DNA of 64,000 bases from Callorhinchus milii (GCF_018977255.1 NW_024704743.1:5334001-5398000); one strand, 5' to 3'; shown: positions 47,751 to 61,479, counted from the stretch's first letter. Notes: a model not told the origin generated them from the letters alone. Made by a program: numbers and translations.

Positions 47751-50700
47751 CTGCAGCACAAATACATCCAATTACATATAGGATAGCATACTCAAACATC
47801 ACCATTCTTTAACACTGAAAGCACAGAGATGTCCTACAACCCTGAGAGATGCTACATAATCACCTACAAAATACAGATACGCATTATAGTAAATCCTGCA
47901 AAGCACTTTGAGATGTGGGTTCAAAAAGTTAACACATTTGCTATCTGCCGATAAGTCTATCTATGTAAAGTAAGCAGCTTCCCGGCTCAACTACAGCTAC
48001 AGAAAGTATTTGGTGACTTGAGACCTGGCTTTGTACTTACCACTGAGTGCTGCCTCGAGCCACTTCTTCTGTCATCTCTATTAGGAGCTGCAATAAAAAA
48101 AAATTGTGATTTAATAATGTGTTAAGATATATGATATATATCACTATTAAACAACAATTTAATAGGTTAGAAAGAGATTTTCACAATCCATCCAGGTAGA
48201 TGTTCAATCTACATAAAAATCACAAATTTGGTTTGGAAGAAGGTCCTTCAGCTCATCCGATCTCATCCCTCCAGATCAACCACCCATCTGATCCCTGAAC
48301 ACAGCATCAAGCTATTTTTTTAAATGAGATCTAGCCTCTTCCACCTTTATTTGCACAAACAAAATGATTGTTGCTAAAATATGGTTTCATTATCAGACTT
48401 CGTTTGCGATCTCCGCTGGTGTTCAGTTTCCTTCCAGAGAACAGCGGTTGGTGCAACAACAACAACAACAAGATTCCATTTATAAAGCGCCTTTCACGTC
48501 AGGAGGACGTCCCAAGGCGCTGCACAGTTGGGTCATGACCCGAGCAGGGGGGAAATGGTGAGGGTGAGAGGAGGGGAGGGAGCGAGGAGGGGGGAAATTA
48601 TCAGGGTGAGGGGAGGGATGGGAGGGAGCGAGAAGGGGGGAAATGGTCAGGGTGAGGGGAGGGAAGGGAGGGAGGGAGCGAGGAGGGGGAAGAGAGTCGA
48701 GAGGGGAGCTGAAGGCTCGGTCAAAGAGAAAGGTTTTGAGACCGGCCTTGAAGGAGGAAAGGGAGGAGGCGGCGAAGGCACTGGGGGATAGAGTTCCAGA
48801 GCCTGGGGGCTGAGAGGCTGAAGGCCCGACCACCAATGGTAGGGCGATTGGGGCGGGGGACGTGGTGCATGCGCCGACGTGCATTGAATTGGAAACCTGT
48901 TCCTTTCTTAAGTGGGAGCATAGAATGAGAAAATAAATTAACGCCGAAGTCCAGCGTTAAATTGAAACAAACAACTGTAAACATATCAGTAAAAAAGTGT
49001 ATCTCACATGATAAGGGCCCCTCGCACATGAGCTGGGAGGAGGCCAGGGTTTCGGGATGACTTTTCTGGGGATTCTGCTCCATTAGCTTTGGGGCTTCAG
49101 CATTTGTCGATACAGGAGATGGAGTGGGTGGGGGTGATAACTATGATATAGCAGGCTTTGTCTGGCCATGAAGAGTGCAGGCTTGTGAGGCCCTTTCTTG
49201 TTCCATGGTGTCTTACATAGCAACACAGGAAAACAGGAGGAGGCCATTCTGCCCATCGAGCCTGTTTGTCCTTATTTATTAGATCCTGACAAATCATTTA
49301 ATCCCAATGCCCCTACTTTTTTCATAGACAAGCCCCTCCCCTTAATTTCTAAACCAAAGTTATCTTCCTATATCTTTTAGACATCCCCATTAATTCCACC
49401 ACTACAGTTTTCTAGTGTGTCTGGTCCACTTGAGAGCTCTCTTGCATCTGACTCAGAAGGTTGTGGGTTCAAGCCCCACGTAAGGACTTGAAACTCATAT
49501 AGTCTCCAGCGCAGTGTTGGGCATGGGCAGTCTGCCATGAGGTATCCCTGTTTGGATGAGATTTTAAACTGAGGTCCATTCTACCTGCCCAGGTGGACAT
49601 TAAAGATACTATTTGAAAAGAGAGTGGAGTTTCTCCTGGTGCCCTGACCAACCAATCCCCAAATAAAAGGAATCACTCACTCCATGGCTGTTTGTGGGAC
49701 ATTGCTCTGAGCAAATTAGCTACCGCATTTGCCCACAAAATGCACATACTTTAAAGTATATCCTGTGAAGCGATTTGAGATATCTCTATTCTGCCCATCT
49801 ACACGGCAAATTTTGACCCATATACATCAATCTATGCAGGAAATTCTGAAGAAGTATTTTCCTATTATTAGTGGGGAGTAGTCTCATTAACCTGGTGGGG
49901 ACAGTCAATAGAAGGTCAAACCTGGATGTGCATTAACTCAGCAAGGGTTAATTTCTTCAAAAGAAGCCACAAATGATCTACGTTAATCCACTGATCTCAT
50001 ACATTTCAGCAATGAAAATCGGAGACTTTTTGGGGGTGAGGGGGACGTGGGGGGGAGGGGTTAGTAGGGTGTCTGACACATATGGAAACTCATCACCGTA
50101 CTTAAGAGAATCCAAACCAAACTGAGATTTCCATTTATCCCACCTCACATGGAAAGCCCAGAGATAGATTGTTGGAATGGAATGCACACACTCTCCCTGG
50201 AGGGACCCATCCTGCTTACCTAATTCCGAAAAATACTAGGCGTAGGTTGGCAAGGGCCAAGGTTTGAGTGTGCGTTGTAAATGAAAATAAAATAGAATAA
50301 AATAAGGGAAAGAATGTGAGAACGTGACACTTACCTTTCCGAGCAGCCCTTTGTCTCTGGACAGGAAGCCACCGCTGTTCTTCACAGCTACATCCAGAGT
50401 TCGTTTTTGGACCTCTGCCTGTGATACGCTGAACTCAAACCTACAAAAGAAACAATCTTTAGCAGGGATTCTGTGATACCAATCACCCTCCTACCGCCAT
50501 CACTAGATCACGCAAAGTCCCATTCCAACTGAAGAATTTGCATAGAATGTACAGCAAGGTATCAAGTTATTTGGCCCAACTCGTCTATGTCAGTGTTGAT
50601 ATTCCACACGAGTCTCCATCCACTCTTTACTTCCTCCCACACCTTTCTCCCTCGTGTGTACATATATCATTCACCAAATGTGTGGGATGTTGCTGTGTGC

Positions 50701-53700
50701 AAATTGCCTTTACATTAGCCTACAAAATACACAGTCATTGCACTTTACGTTACATTTACAAAGCGCTTTAGGACATCCTCCTGACATGAAATGCGCTATG
50801 CCTAACGTAAGGATTATTATTACTATCTAGTTTCATCTTCACTACAGCTACAGTATCTACGTTGACCACCGATTCTCACTATCTTCTGCGTGAAGGAGTT
50901 CCTCCTAAATTCTCTTGTAGACTCTTTGTATCTTATGGTTGTGTCCCCTGGTTACAGAGTGGAAACAGTCTATATATGTTAACCTTATCATACTCTTTTA
51001 CAATTTTAAACACTTCTATTTGGCCCCCTCTTAAACGTCTTTCCTTTACGTCTCTAGCGAAAAAAGGCCTAACAACAACAATTACATTCGTACAGCGCCT
51101 TCCACGTCGGGAGGATGTAACTAGACCTTCCTGACTGAAGCAACCTGCCAGGCTTGGTATCATCTTTGTAAACCTTTAGCATTTGTTGCGAGAAGCCTTC
51201 TTAACAGGCAGCAATTGATAACAGTGGAAGAATGCTAGGCAAGTGTGCTGCATTCTATGTTGGCCAGGCACCAATGTCTCCGATGAGAATTTAATAATTC
51301 TCCAGGTGTAGGAGATTAAAATTGGGTGGCATCACGGTCTCATTGTAGACCGTAAGACCATTCAACATGAGATTTTATCAAGGATAGAGGAGAGACAGCA
51401 ACAACAATAACAACTGATATTGATATAATGCCTTTCATACTATGAACATCTCAAAGCGCTTTACAGAGATGATGCTGGAACTGAGCAGGGAGGGTAGGGA
51501 AAGACCAATAACTGGAGGTGCAGTGAAAGAGGTGGGTTTCAGGAGGGTTTTAAAGAGAGGGGTAAGGTGGTTGGATTCTGAGAGGGAGATTCAGAGAGTA
51601 AGGGCATAGCAGCTGAAAGCTCGATCACCAATGATGGGGAGATCGGGGGCAGGGAATGTGGTGCAGACCAGAGTTTGCTGAACAGAGTGAAAAGATCCCA
51701 GAAAATGTGTGTGTGGGGTGGGGGGAAGGCATCTAGCAAATTATAGTTGAGGGTGAAGATCCTTATTTCGAACCAGTGATATTACGGATATATTTCTGTA
51801 TTCAAATATATGAATATACACATGTGCACATACATACGTATGCATAACCTAGTTGCCAAACTTATAGAAAGACGCATTGACTAAAAGTAAGAAAGGCAGA
51901 TTCATACCTTTCACTGTTACTCTCTGAAAGTTTCAAAATATTATTAGAAAAGTAAAACGAATGACTGTACTGTGATATCCAGGGGGCGAAATGAGAAATT
52001 CAAAACGCTGTGATACAGTGGAACCCCATTATAAAGCATTTTGTTAGAATGTAGATTTGCTTACTGCGAGGTTGGTGTTTGGTCCCTGACAATTACTTAC
52101 CGGAAATATCAAAAATGCACAGGCTTGGCCATTTCGTCACTCCATCACATGTGCACAGAAAGGCAAAACACTGGCTGGAATTTAGACTCTCTGAGCGTCT
52201 GTGCACTGTTATGGCGCTGACTGGCGATTGTGCCTTTATAGCGCTGACCAAGTAGTTGGGATTTTATGGATCTGACCTTTCCACATTATTATGGGGCTCC
52301 GCTCTTTTTTCAGGTAACATAAGTAGATTTGCTTTTACAACAGTACAAAAAATTTACATTTACACAGCGTCTTTCGTATCAAGGGGAAAGTCCCAAGGTG
52401 CTCCACAGTCCTGGCTTGGCACCCGAGCTGAGGGTGGGAGCCGAGGGGGTGGGGAGGGAAAGGATGACCAAAGGCGCAGTCAAAGTAGACCTTGAACCAA
52501 ACCTTGAAAGAAGTGGGGGGAGGGAGCGCATTGGAGGGTCTCCGGGATGGAGTTCCAGAAAATAGGGCAGAAAGATCAATTGACGATGGTGGGCGGGGAT
52601 CATGAAACAGGCCAATGCCCGCTCAGCAAAGGGAGCAGCCAGTTTGGTACCTACGTTTCGTCGTACACTGGATTTAACTGTTTCTTCAGCACTGATGTTT
52701 TTCTCCTTCCTGATCTTCGCTTGTCGGGCAGTAAGTACAACCGGGCATAGGGGTCTGACCCATCCTCAGAGAAAGCTATTAGATTACTGCGGAGAAAGAC
52801 AAAATATCACAATTTAAAACTGCAGGTGAGAGGGCCATCTGGTCCGATTATCCTGGGGTATCCTTTTCTGTATACTGCAGAGAGACACAGAACATTAACA
52901 CTGAGCATTAGCAATGAGCTGGGCCAATAGAAAACTGCGTAAATATTTGTCAAAATTGCGGGGAAATTTGACCAACCTTGCGGGAAATTGCAGGGGCTGA
53001 TTGGCGCTATTGAGGTACATTTTTACTGCCAACCTACATTTTTATCACTTATTGATGAAAACTAAACATGAGGAAATAACACATATTAGATTGTTGCTAA
53101 ATTAGTTTTAGTTTCTTCTTTAACAAAAACTGGGTGGGGGGGAACACCAGGGCAGGCCCAAAGGGGATTGAGTCCTGTCATATTGCTCGAAATCATTGGC
53201 TGCCTGGATCTCACAGACCCCTCGTGTCCTTTGATAGTTTGTGATCCTCGCCCATCCCCGAGGTGTCTTTGCATTACCTACCGGCAGCCATGTACAACCA
53301 CAATGAGCTTGTTTCGTTGAGAGCTGTGCCGAATTGTCAACTGAATCTGACCCAGCGGTGACTGGCCAAGAGTTGTTCCACTGCAATATAACAGAGGCAT
53401 TTACTGATCATTGCATCTTCCAACAACAGCCACAACAACAACATATTACATTTGCATAGTACTGTCATGTAGGGAGGACGTCCCAAGGCACTGAACAGAC
53501 AGGGATTTGGACGCGAGCTGGGTCAACATAGATCAAAAGTACACTGATCGCCATCTTTTTCTGCCTATTTGTGTGGATGTTGATGATCCCACGACAATGT
53601 CTGAAAAGTGAATGGAGTTTCTCCTCGTGCTCTGGTCAATCAAACCTCCAGCTTAATTGGTTTATGTGGCACCTTGCTGGATAAAAACTGGGTGCTTTGC

Positions 53701-56700
53701 TTGCCATAAGTACATCAGCACAATTGTCAACAGTGCTTTGCACCACTGATGTCATAGGCACCATATCAAATATAAGGATTATTCTTTTTCGCTGACTTTA
53801 CATAGAATTTGCAGCAACAACACAGGCCACATTCAGCACAACTCTTGTTTGACTGTTTATACTCCACATGAGCCTCCATCCATCTTATTCCCCCCGTGCG
53901 TCTCTATTCTCTCCTCTCTCATGTATTTTCATAATAGGATTTCCCTCTGAAAAGCTAGAAAGCGAAAAATCACTTATTTTAGCATTCCACATACATTAGA
54001 CTCCCACAGAAGTGAGTGATGGCATTTTGATCCCTGTTAGATGACTTTTAAACTCGGAAGCAACAAAGTTGCCGGGAGTAGAAATTTTTTAAAAATCGGC
54101 CTGTTTGTTCCTTTACCAAGCCTTTCCTACAAAATACACGGGAAAATTTTGTGAAGCATTTTGAGACGTCCTCCTGACAACGAAAGGCATTACATGAAAT
54201 GCAAGAATTATTATTATTATTATTATTATTATAAGGGTCACGTTTACGTCATGTGGTGCCTTTGCTGAATGATCAATTTCTGAGTCCACAAGTGTTACAA
54301 ATACACATTTATCATTATTTTACGCGATGAATACATAATATTAGTGCGAGAAGCTGCTGTTTCAGGGACTCTGGTATCGATGCCACGGGGAGACAAGGGC
54401 CGAGAGCAGCTGCCCAGGCCGATGGCAGGCATCGATACCAGAGTCCCTGAAACAGCAGCTTCCCGCACTAATATTATGTTTAAGCAATTAGCATTCGGAC
54501 GAAAAACTGACTACCGTTTCTTCCCATGGACCAGGCCGCTGCTGTGGGGACATTTCTACAACACGTGGGGCCTAACTGATCGCAGCATACTCATGCCGTA
54601 AGTATTTGTGACCACCAGGTGGCACTCTTGAAGGCACTCTGTTCTGTGGTCATGACCAGTTGCATTGCTGGAGTCACTTATACAATCCCCACTGAGATGG
54701 AGCCCGTTTATTAAGAGACACTGCCTACTCAAACGGGGCCATTTCGGTCTCTCCAAGACACATTCGAACACCCACTCGGCCTCTGGGCAGCGAATTAAAT
54801 GAGGTGTTTTGACTTGCTTTTTGAAAGAGATAAATAGAGAGAGACGCTTTTTTTCTAGAAAAGAAAATACTTCAGCAAACACGGGTTTATTACGGGCACC
54901 CTTCATGAGGATCATTCTGTTTAAACCGATATCGACAGCGGCGACTAGGTTTAACCAGTTCCCTGCAGAGGGAATGAAAGCTGTACTTTTGTAGCTGCCG
55001 CAGTCTCTGCCGTAACTCCTGCGTGGCGAATGGTAAGGATATATCGGAAGCGATGCTCGGGGTGGGCTCCTTGTTTGAGAGGTGTGACGGCGAGCCTGTT
55101 TGACTGGAGCTGGTGTGACCCGATGGTGTTCTCTGCAGACTGGTAGGCCTCTGCGGGCTGGGGGACGAGGCGCTCTCTTTCTCCAGCTTGTCAGTCTTTT
55201 CAAGCTTCTTGATGCTTTCGGGGTTTAGTGGGCCCGGGGTGCCTTTGCTTGACTCTGCGGCTGCTGCCCCAGACTGGGCTTTTGGTGTTGGTTTTCGGAT
55301 ATCCTTGCTGTACTTTTTTAACTGAGTGGACGACTGACGATCCGGAGACCGTTCTTGCTTTTCAATACAAAGTATCTACGAAGAACAAGGAAACGGCATT
55401 AGAGACAACATATATATTGCTCTATCCTGTAGCTCAGTGGTTAGAGCACTCGTCTCGCAAGCGAGAGACTGGGTTTGATTCCCGGCAGGGCAAAATGTTG
55501 GGCAAGTTTCCTTACTCCACACGCCTCTGCTTACTTAATAGTAAGTAGGAACCCACTTGTTAGTCGATTGGCGGATCGCTTTTCCAGGGGTAATAATTCC
55601 GTCAATAAAAAATAATAATAAATTGGCCACTTCAATCCACGGCTGTTTGTGGGACACTGCTGTGCGCAATTGGCTGCTGCGTTTCGCCCACAAAACATAC
55701 AGTCAATTCACTTTTCCAGTCTATTCTGTGAAGCACTTTGAAACGTCTCGAAGATGTGATAAGCTGCTATATCAAATTCAAGGATTATTATTATTATTCT
55801 TGCAGCAAGTTATCCAGTGACTGCTGATCAAAACATTTAGAAAGGAAATATCAGCAGATGTCAACAACAACAACTTGCATTAATATAGTGCCCTTCACAT
55901 GTGCCCTCCTAAAAAATGGTCATTCACTTCTGTCTGTTTGTGTTACACCACTGTATGCAAACTAGCTGCTGTGTTTAACCAAAAATACACGATCATATCA
56001 TCTTACAGATGATAATGTGCAGAGCTTTGAGACAACCTCTCAATGTAAAATCCTCTCTACCAAACGTAAGGCTTATCATTATTATTATTTTATTGGGCCG
56101 CTCCCAGCTAATGCCATCTCAGGTGCAACAACAGAGCAGATTGCTTTTAATAATAATAATAATAATAATCCTTGCATTTCCCAAATGGGAACATTGGTAA
56201 GTGGAGGCATATCAGATGCCTCACTCTAACACAAAGGACCCCCCCCCACCCACCCATGTCAATGTAGATCGAACTGAAACGTTCCCAAGAGTTGGCAACG
56301 TGGACGTCTGTTTTTCTTAATTAAGAAATCCATTAAGAAATACTGCAAAATTAGAATTCCTATTTGAGCCTGGAGGAACAACACAGGGGAAAAGGGAATA
56401 TTTTACTTATGCACTGCCAACTGAAACCACTGGACCATTTTACTATCATGCAAAACAAAATAATAGGAGAAAGCAACAGCCCATGAATACATGCTCTTGT
56501 GGAGTGAACACACAGTTATTCTGTTATTTCCTGCTCAACAGCTCAGGAAAGTGAGTTTTTAAAACGTTGCTATGAGCGTGTTGAATATAATTTTATGTCA
56601 TTGAAGCCTATTGTAATGGAATATCCTCAGAATGGTTTTATGCAACCTTGGTGGCCTTACTTTAAACAGGCTGTCAACCAATGAAACAAGTCAGTGGCAT

Positions 56701-59700
56701 ATTTGTGACTGAATAACAACAACTTGCATTTATATAGCACCCCTCACGTCCCAGAGCAGTTCTGCAACAGTTCCATCGTTGGTTTGAATTTACCGCCAGC
56801 TCATAGGATTGATAATTGGGGAACAAAAGGGATGAGGTTTTCTTTCCCCAAACACAAACTCTTGTTATCGGCTTGGCTCACTCTTTCCTCTGAGAAGGTT
56901 TTGATTTCAACTTCTGCGCTGGAGAATTTTGAGCTCATGATATAGGCTGACCCCTCAACAACAACTTGCATTTATATAGTGCCGCTCATGCAAGGTAGCA
57001 TCCCAAAGCACTTACTCCAGTGCAGTGTTGGTAGAGCGCTGCATTCTCGGAGGAGCAATCCTTCAGATAAAATGTGAAGGTCCTGATTGCTTGTTCGGGG
57101 AGATGATAAAATAACCTATAACTGTTTGTTTCATATAGTCCCTGTACCACGGCCAACAAATCCTCCAGTTAAATTGATCATTCAGTTCATCGCTGTGTGT
57201 AAATTTCCTGCTGCTTACAAATAGTCATTACACTTCAAAGGAACTACTGCAAAGTGTTTTGAAATGCATCAGATGCAAGGCATATCATTGTACATACCCT
57301 GAGTACTATCTTCATCTTGAGTGTGCTGTTGGGGCCAGAGTGCTTCAGTTGGAATCGCTGATTCAGAGTCAGGTCTTCAGCTTCCAACAGCTGTTCAAGA
57401 CGCAGGTTATAAGAACCCAGTGAGCACTGGTGATGGTCGTCTTTAATCTGGGGGTGTGGGGGGGAGGAGAAAGAACTGTAAGCGGCAGGGCATTGAGTGA
57501 AAGATATATATAAAGATGAAAGCAAACCTAGATGTTCTCTGCGTTCTAGGGACAATTAGTGAGGTCAGGCTGTGGTGCTCCAACGTACTATGGAGCTGAA
57601 CGCTGCAGGTGCTCTGATGGCAATTTTCAGTCTTGGCTGGGACAGAACTGGAAGCCAGAAGCCAGCTCCTTCCACAAAGGCTGACAGGGAAATACAGCAA
57701 ATCCACCAATAGAAACAGAAGCCATGTAAACAGTGTTGGTATGTATCCTATAGTATTGGCCAGTGGCTCCCTTATTGCTCGTTGTTTTATTTTTGTTTTG
57801 CCATTTCCTGAAAGAGCTTCCAAACTTTTAACAAACAAGAAAACAGACCGTTGTAAATTGATATTAGAACTACTAGGAAACATCATCCCAATTCTGTTGG
57901 AAACTTTAGCTGTTCTGATTGTGTTAGCTGCACTAAAAAACCCAAAGAGATTGCCTTTTTAAGTTTTATTGTTAAATAATATTCTACTGAGGGAATTGAA
58001 TCCAAACAGAAATCCAATTTATTGTGAGTGTATTGCAGCACAAAAAANCTCTTTTCTCCAACACTTTTACCCTAAACATTGTACCTCAACATCCAGCTCT
58101 TGGGTTTGAGGATTGTGAACAAAGAAAGTAAACGCCTCTTCCCAAACTGGTTCTGTAGTCCGATACCGGATCTGCAAACAGCAAGAGAAGAATCATTGAT
58201 GAATCAGTGATAAAACCTTTTCCTTTCTCCGTTTCCTTCAATGCAATCTTTGCATCTTCCTCACAAAAGGTCTCTTCTAATGAAGCAACAATTTCACATT
58301 CAACTCAAATAGAAGCTCTTAGAATGTAGGGTAAGCTTTAGGAAGCTGTACAGAATAGTGTTGTTACTAGCATCACAATGCTGGGGGTCAACATTGTCAA
58401 GGCAGTATGACACAAGGGCACAAGGTCCAGAGTTGTGAAAAACAATTTTAGGACAGACAAGCAGACATCAGGAAGTAATCCCTTACATAGAGGATAATCA
58501 ACAGTTGGAAAAGGTTACTAGGAACAGTGGGCCAGCCACACTGGACACACTTTAGAAACAGCTGGTTACACCAACAGGAAGATTGGCATTCAGAAAGGCC
58601 AAGTTTAAAAGGATTTCTTCATCTGAATCTCTGCAGTTATCTTATGAACTATGTCCTCTTGTGAAAATATATCTGATGTGTTGGCCTGGCTCAGTCGGCA
58701 GCACTCTCCTGAATCAGAAAGTTATGGGTTCAAACCCCACGTCGGGACTTTGAACTCACAGTCTAGGCTCACACTTCAACATAGTGGTGGAGGAGCGCTG
58801 CACTGTTGGAGCTGTCATCCTTCAGGCGAGACGTTAAAACTGAAGTACTGTCTGATTGTTCAAATGTTAAAGCATTGGAGTCCTGTAGCTATTGGAGTCC
58901 TGTAGCTCAGTGGTTAGAGCACTCGCTTTGCAAGCGAGACCTGAGTTCAATTCTAGGCAGAGGGCGAAACCTTGGGCAAGTTTCCTTACTCCACACAGAG
59001 CCTAATAATAATCCCTCCAAAACCAAAAACAATAATAAATTGGTCATTTTCAATCTACGACTGTTTGTAGGACATTGCTGTGCGCAATTGGCTGCCGCGT
59101 TCGCCCACAAATATACAGTCAATTCACTTTATAGTATATTCTGTGAAGCGCTTTGGGACGTCCTCCCGACGTGAAAAGCGCTTTATCAAATGCAAGGATT
59201 ATTATTATTATTATTAAAGATCACACTCCCCTACTTGTTTTTCCCCAGTGTCCTGGTCAACAATCCCCCAGATAAAATTGGACATTTACTTCATGGCTGT
59301 TTGTGGGAAATTGCTCGGCGCAAATTGGCTGCTGCATTCGCCTACACAATGCAGGCATTACACTTTCCAGTTAATCGTAGCAAGCGCTTTGAGACATCTT
59401 CCCAACATGGGCTACACTAAATGCAAGGATTATTATTATCTTCAAAATATGTATGGTAAAGTTGAGAAGCCTAGATTTAGAATATCACTAGGGCTGAAGA
59501 GTAGGGGAGAAGCCCAGACAAGTTATGACCCAGTGGCTTGTTTATCCTTATTATTATAGCCATGTTACAAGTCCTAAAGATTGGTTTGGATGAAGAAGGC
59601 CCTTTGGCTGATCTGATCTCATCATTCCAGAACACCCACCTTAACCCCCCCCACCCCACCATTGCAGCATCCAGCTGCTCTTTAAATGGGTCCAGTGGCC

Positions 59701-59988
59701 TGGCCTCAACCACTTTTCCTGGCAAACTGTTTCCAGCTGTTGATTACACTCCGAGTATCTGTTTGCAATGGTTCAAAAATCATTATGTGGTGAGTGTGTG
59801 TGTTTACCGGGATTAATATTGTGGTCTACAAAGAACAAGCAATGCAGCTGAATGATAAATTTGTGTTGTTGCTACAGGTAAACACAGGGCTTGGGAGGAA
59901 AATAGCTGCTTACCTTACTTTCAAATGTGTTGTGCCCTACTGACAACTGGACAAATGGGTTAGGTTCGCTGTTCATTTTCTTTCCGAA
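47705..59988 (-). CDS. esyt2: Extended synaptotagmin-2, 3' portion (9 coding exons; C2B end, linker, C2C); 5' part outside window
   Basis: complement(join(47705..47750,48041..48087,50335..50440,52655..52786,53282..53380,54987..55375,57298..57447,58085..58171,59914..59988)). All GT-AG and phase compatible. Peptides [46 protein letters not shown] match ESYT2. Confidence 0.95.
48041..48087 (-). CDS. esyt2: esyt2 penultimate exon
   Basis: [29 protein letters not shown]. Confidence 0.92.
48454..48875 (-). mobile_element. L2 3' fragment with internal ~40-bp tandem duplications
   Basis: [32 protein letters not shown]; stem-loop tail. Confidence 0.88.
49425..49785 (+). mobile_element. Older Deu-type SINE
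   Basis: TCAGAAGGTTGTGGGTTCAAGCCCCAC...GGATGAGATTTTAAACTGAGG...GGTGGACATTAAAGAT...TGTTTGTGGGAC. Confidence 0.75.
50335..50440 (-). CDS. esyt2: esyt2 exon (C2C)
   Basis: [47 protein letters not shown]. Confidence 0.95.
50535..51180 (-). mobile_element. CR1 3' fragment interrupted by SINE/L2 tails
   Basis: [20 protein letters not shown] on minus strand. Confidence 0.7.
52016..52304. mobile_element. Tc1/mariner (Tigger/pogo-like) MITE
   Basis: TA|CAGTGGAACCCCATTATAA at left; degenerate inverted copy TTATTATGGGGCTCCGCTC at right. Confidence 0.6.
52655..52786 (-). CDS. esyt2: esyt2 exon (C2C)
   Basis: [57 protein letters not shown]. Confidence 0.95.
53282..53380 (-). CDS. esyt2: esyt2 exon (C2C)
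   Basis: TTGCAG| (N)[40 protein letters not shown]. Confidence 0.95.
54333..54479. repeat. 52-bp inverted repeat with 43-nt spacer (MITE-like)
   Basis: Arms 54333-54384 and 54428-54479 are reverse complements with one mismatch. Confidence 0.9.
54987..55375 (-). CDS. esyt2: esyt2 exon (C2B-C2C linker)
   Basis: [25 protein letters not shown]...[36 protein letters not shown]; 389 nt. Confidence 0.93.
55425..55798 (+). mobile_element. SINE type A, full length, antisense in esyt2 intron
   Basis: TCCTGTAGCTCAGTGGTTAGAGCACTCG...GGGTTTGATTCCC...AAGGA(TTA)n. Confidence 0.9.
57298..57447 (-). CDS. esyt2: esyt2 exon (C2B end)
   Basis: [62 protein letters not shown]. Confidence 0.94.
58085..58171 (-). 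CDS. esyt2: esyt2 exon (C2B)
   Basis: [39 protein letters not shown]. Confidence 0.93.
58675..59440 (+). mobile_element. Older Deu-type SINE split by a young type B SINE (58874-59215)
   Basis: Host breaks at GTTAAAG (58866) and resumes TTAAAGATC (59214); insert has tRNA head and (TTA)n tail. Confidence 0.85.
59914..59988 (-). CDS. esyt2: esyt2 exon (C2B)
   Basis: [37 protein letters not shown]. Confidence 0.92.
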
Positions 59989-61479
59989 CTGGAATGTAAG
60001 ATAAAAACTTTTGAAGTCAGCTGAAGGAAACATAAATTCAAAGTTATTTAGTAATTAGTAAAAATGGCGCATTCCGGGTCAGGCTTTGAAACTCACTCAT
60101 TCCTCTCCCACTGCCCCTAGAATAAATTAAGACATTGATGTTACAGGTATCTTTTACAAGCGGCTACAGAGGTACATTATATTAAGTGGGTAGGTGAGTA
60201 ATATTAATAGGTGAGCATGATAACAAACGAATGCTATAATTGGAGTCTTTTCCACAGTAATTTTTCACCCACCCCCAAAAAGTCACACTCTGAAATACCA
60301 TTTGTTGCAATTAATAGAATGACAGAAAGCATTACAGCACTCTGTTTCGCTCTTTGTGCTTGTGCTGGTGTTAGCTCCCACATTGAAGTGAGCTACAGTA
60401 TTTAAGCAGATCTTTCACCCAATCTTATGTCAAGGGGATGTTATTCTAAATAAAAAATACATTTAATGCTGTGCACATGACAATCTGTGTTTAGGAGCAG
60501 TGTCAAAAAAACAACACAAACCCTGTAATATTTGCCACCGACCAAGATTTCAACTGCACCCCCTTTATAAAACGTTTGATTTTCTCAAAAAAAGTCAATT
60601 AAACAAATCAAGTCTGATTTTGTTCAGTCAGCCAGATGTCTGACACATATGGAAACCCATCACCGTACTTCTTTCTATATTTTTACAAATTCCATTCGGC
60701 ATTATGGCCTCCAGAGGTTTATCCACAACTGAGATATTAAATTAATTTGATCTGTTGACCACTGTAAAGTTTTTACATTGCTCATAATTTCCTTCCATCT
60801 ATTGGCTTTTAAACCTCAATCTAATCATTTTAAAAAAAGATCAGACAGGTGTCGGGAACAAGTAAAAACCCACCACTATGTTTAAGAATAACCAAACCAG
60901 ATAATTTCACATAAGAATGCCACGTAGACATGTGTCTGCAATGGAATGTGCTCTCTCTCCCCGGATGTTCGAAAGAGCCAAGAACCTTAGTGTCTGCATT
61001 GAGGTACTGCTAGAGTTGAACTAGATAAAACTGCATAGTTTGACACTAAGAGCCCTGTCTGGCAAGCTCCCAACTGTTTGGGCGTTTACCTATTTAACCA
61101 TGGATCTTTTGATACACCCTCTTCACTCCTAGTCAGAATATATTTAACCTGGACCTTATCCAACTTAGCTCCTTGCAAACCTGCTGCCTTCTACATTTTC
61201 CTCTGGGTTTTTTTTTCTTAACTTTTCCCTCACCTGCAGCTCTTTCAAAAGCTGCTTACATAAAGCTCGAGTATTGTGCCTGTTTTGAGACAGTTTTGCA
61301 GTCCCGTTTGTCTACTCTGGGAAAGATCCTATACATAGAAAGAAATTAGTTTTTCCCTTTAACCTAACTAACAATACTCTGGATGAATTGGTTATTCATC
61401 TCAATGTTGTTTCTGGCACAAAATCTTGATATTAATTACAATGCACAATGTAAATTTACATTTATATAGCACCTATTAG

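Noticed and set aside
52651..52690. Minus-strand CTGAAGA...GAAACGTA, hammerhead-like
   Set aside because: Lies in an esyt2 coding exon and donor; the intervening sequence cannot form stem II.
54556..55203. 215-aa minus-strand ORF
   Set aside because: Alternative frame of the esyt2 linker exon running into intron.
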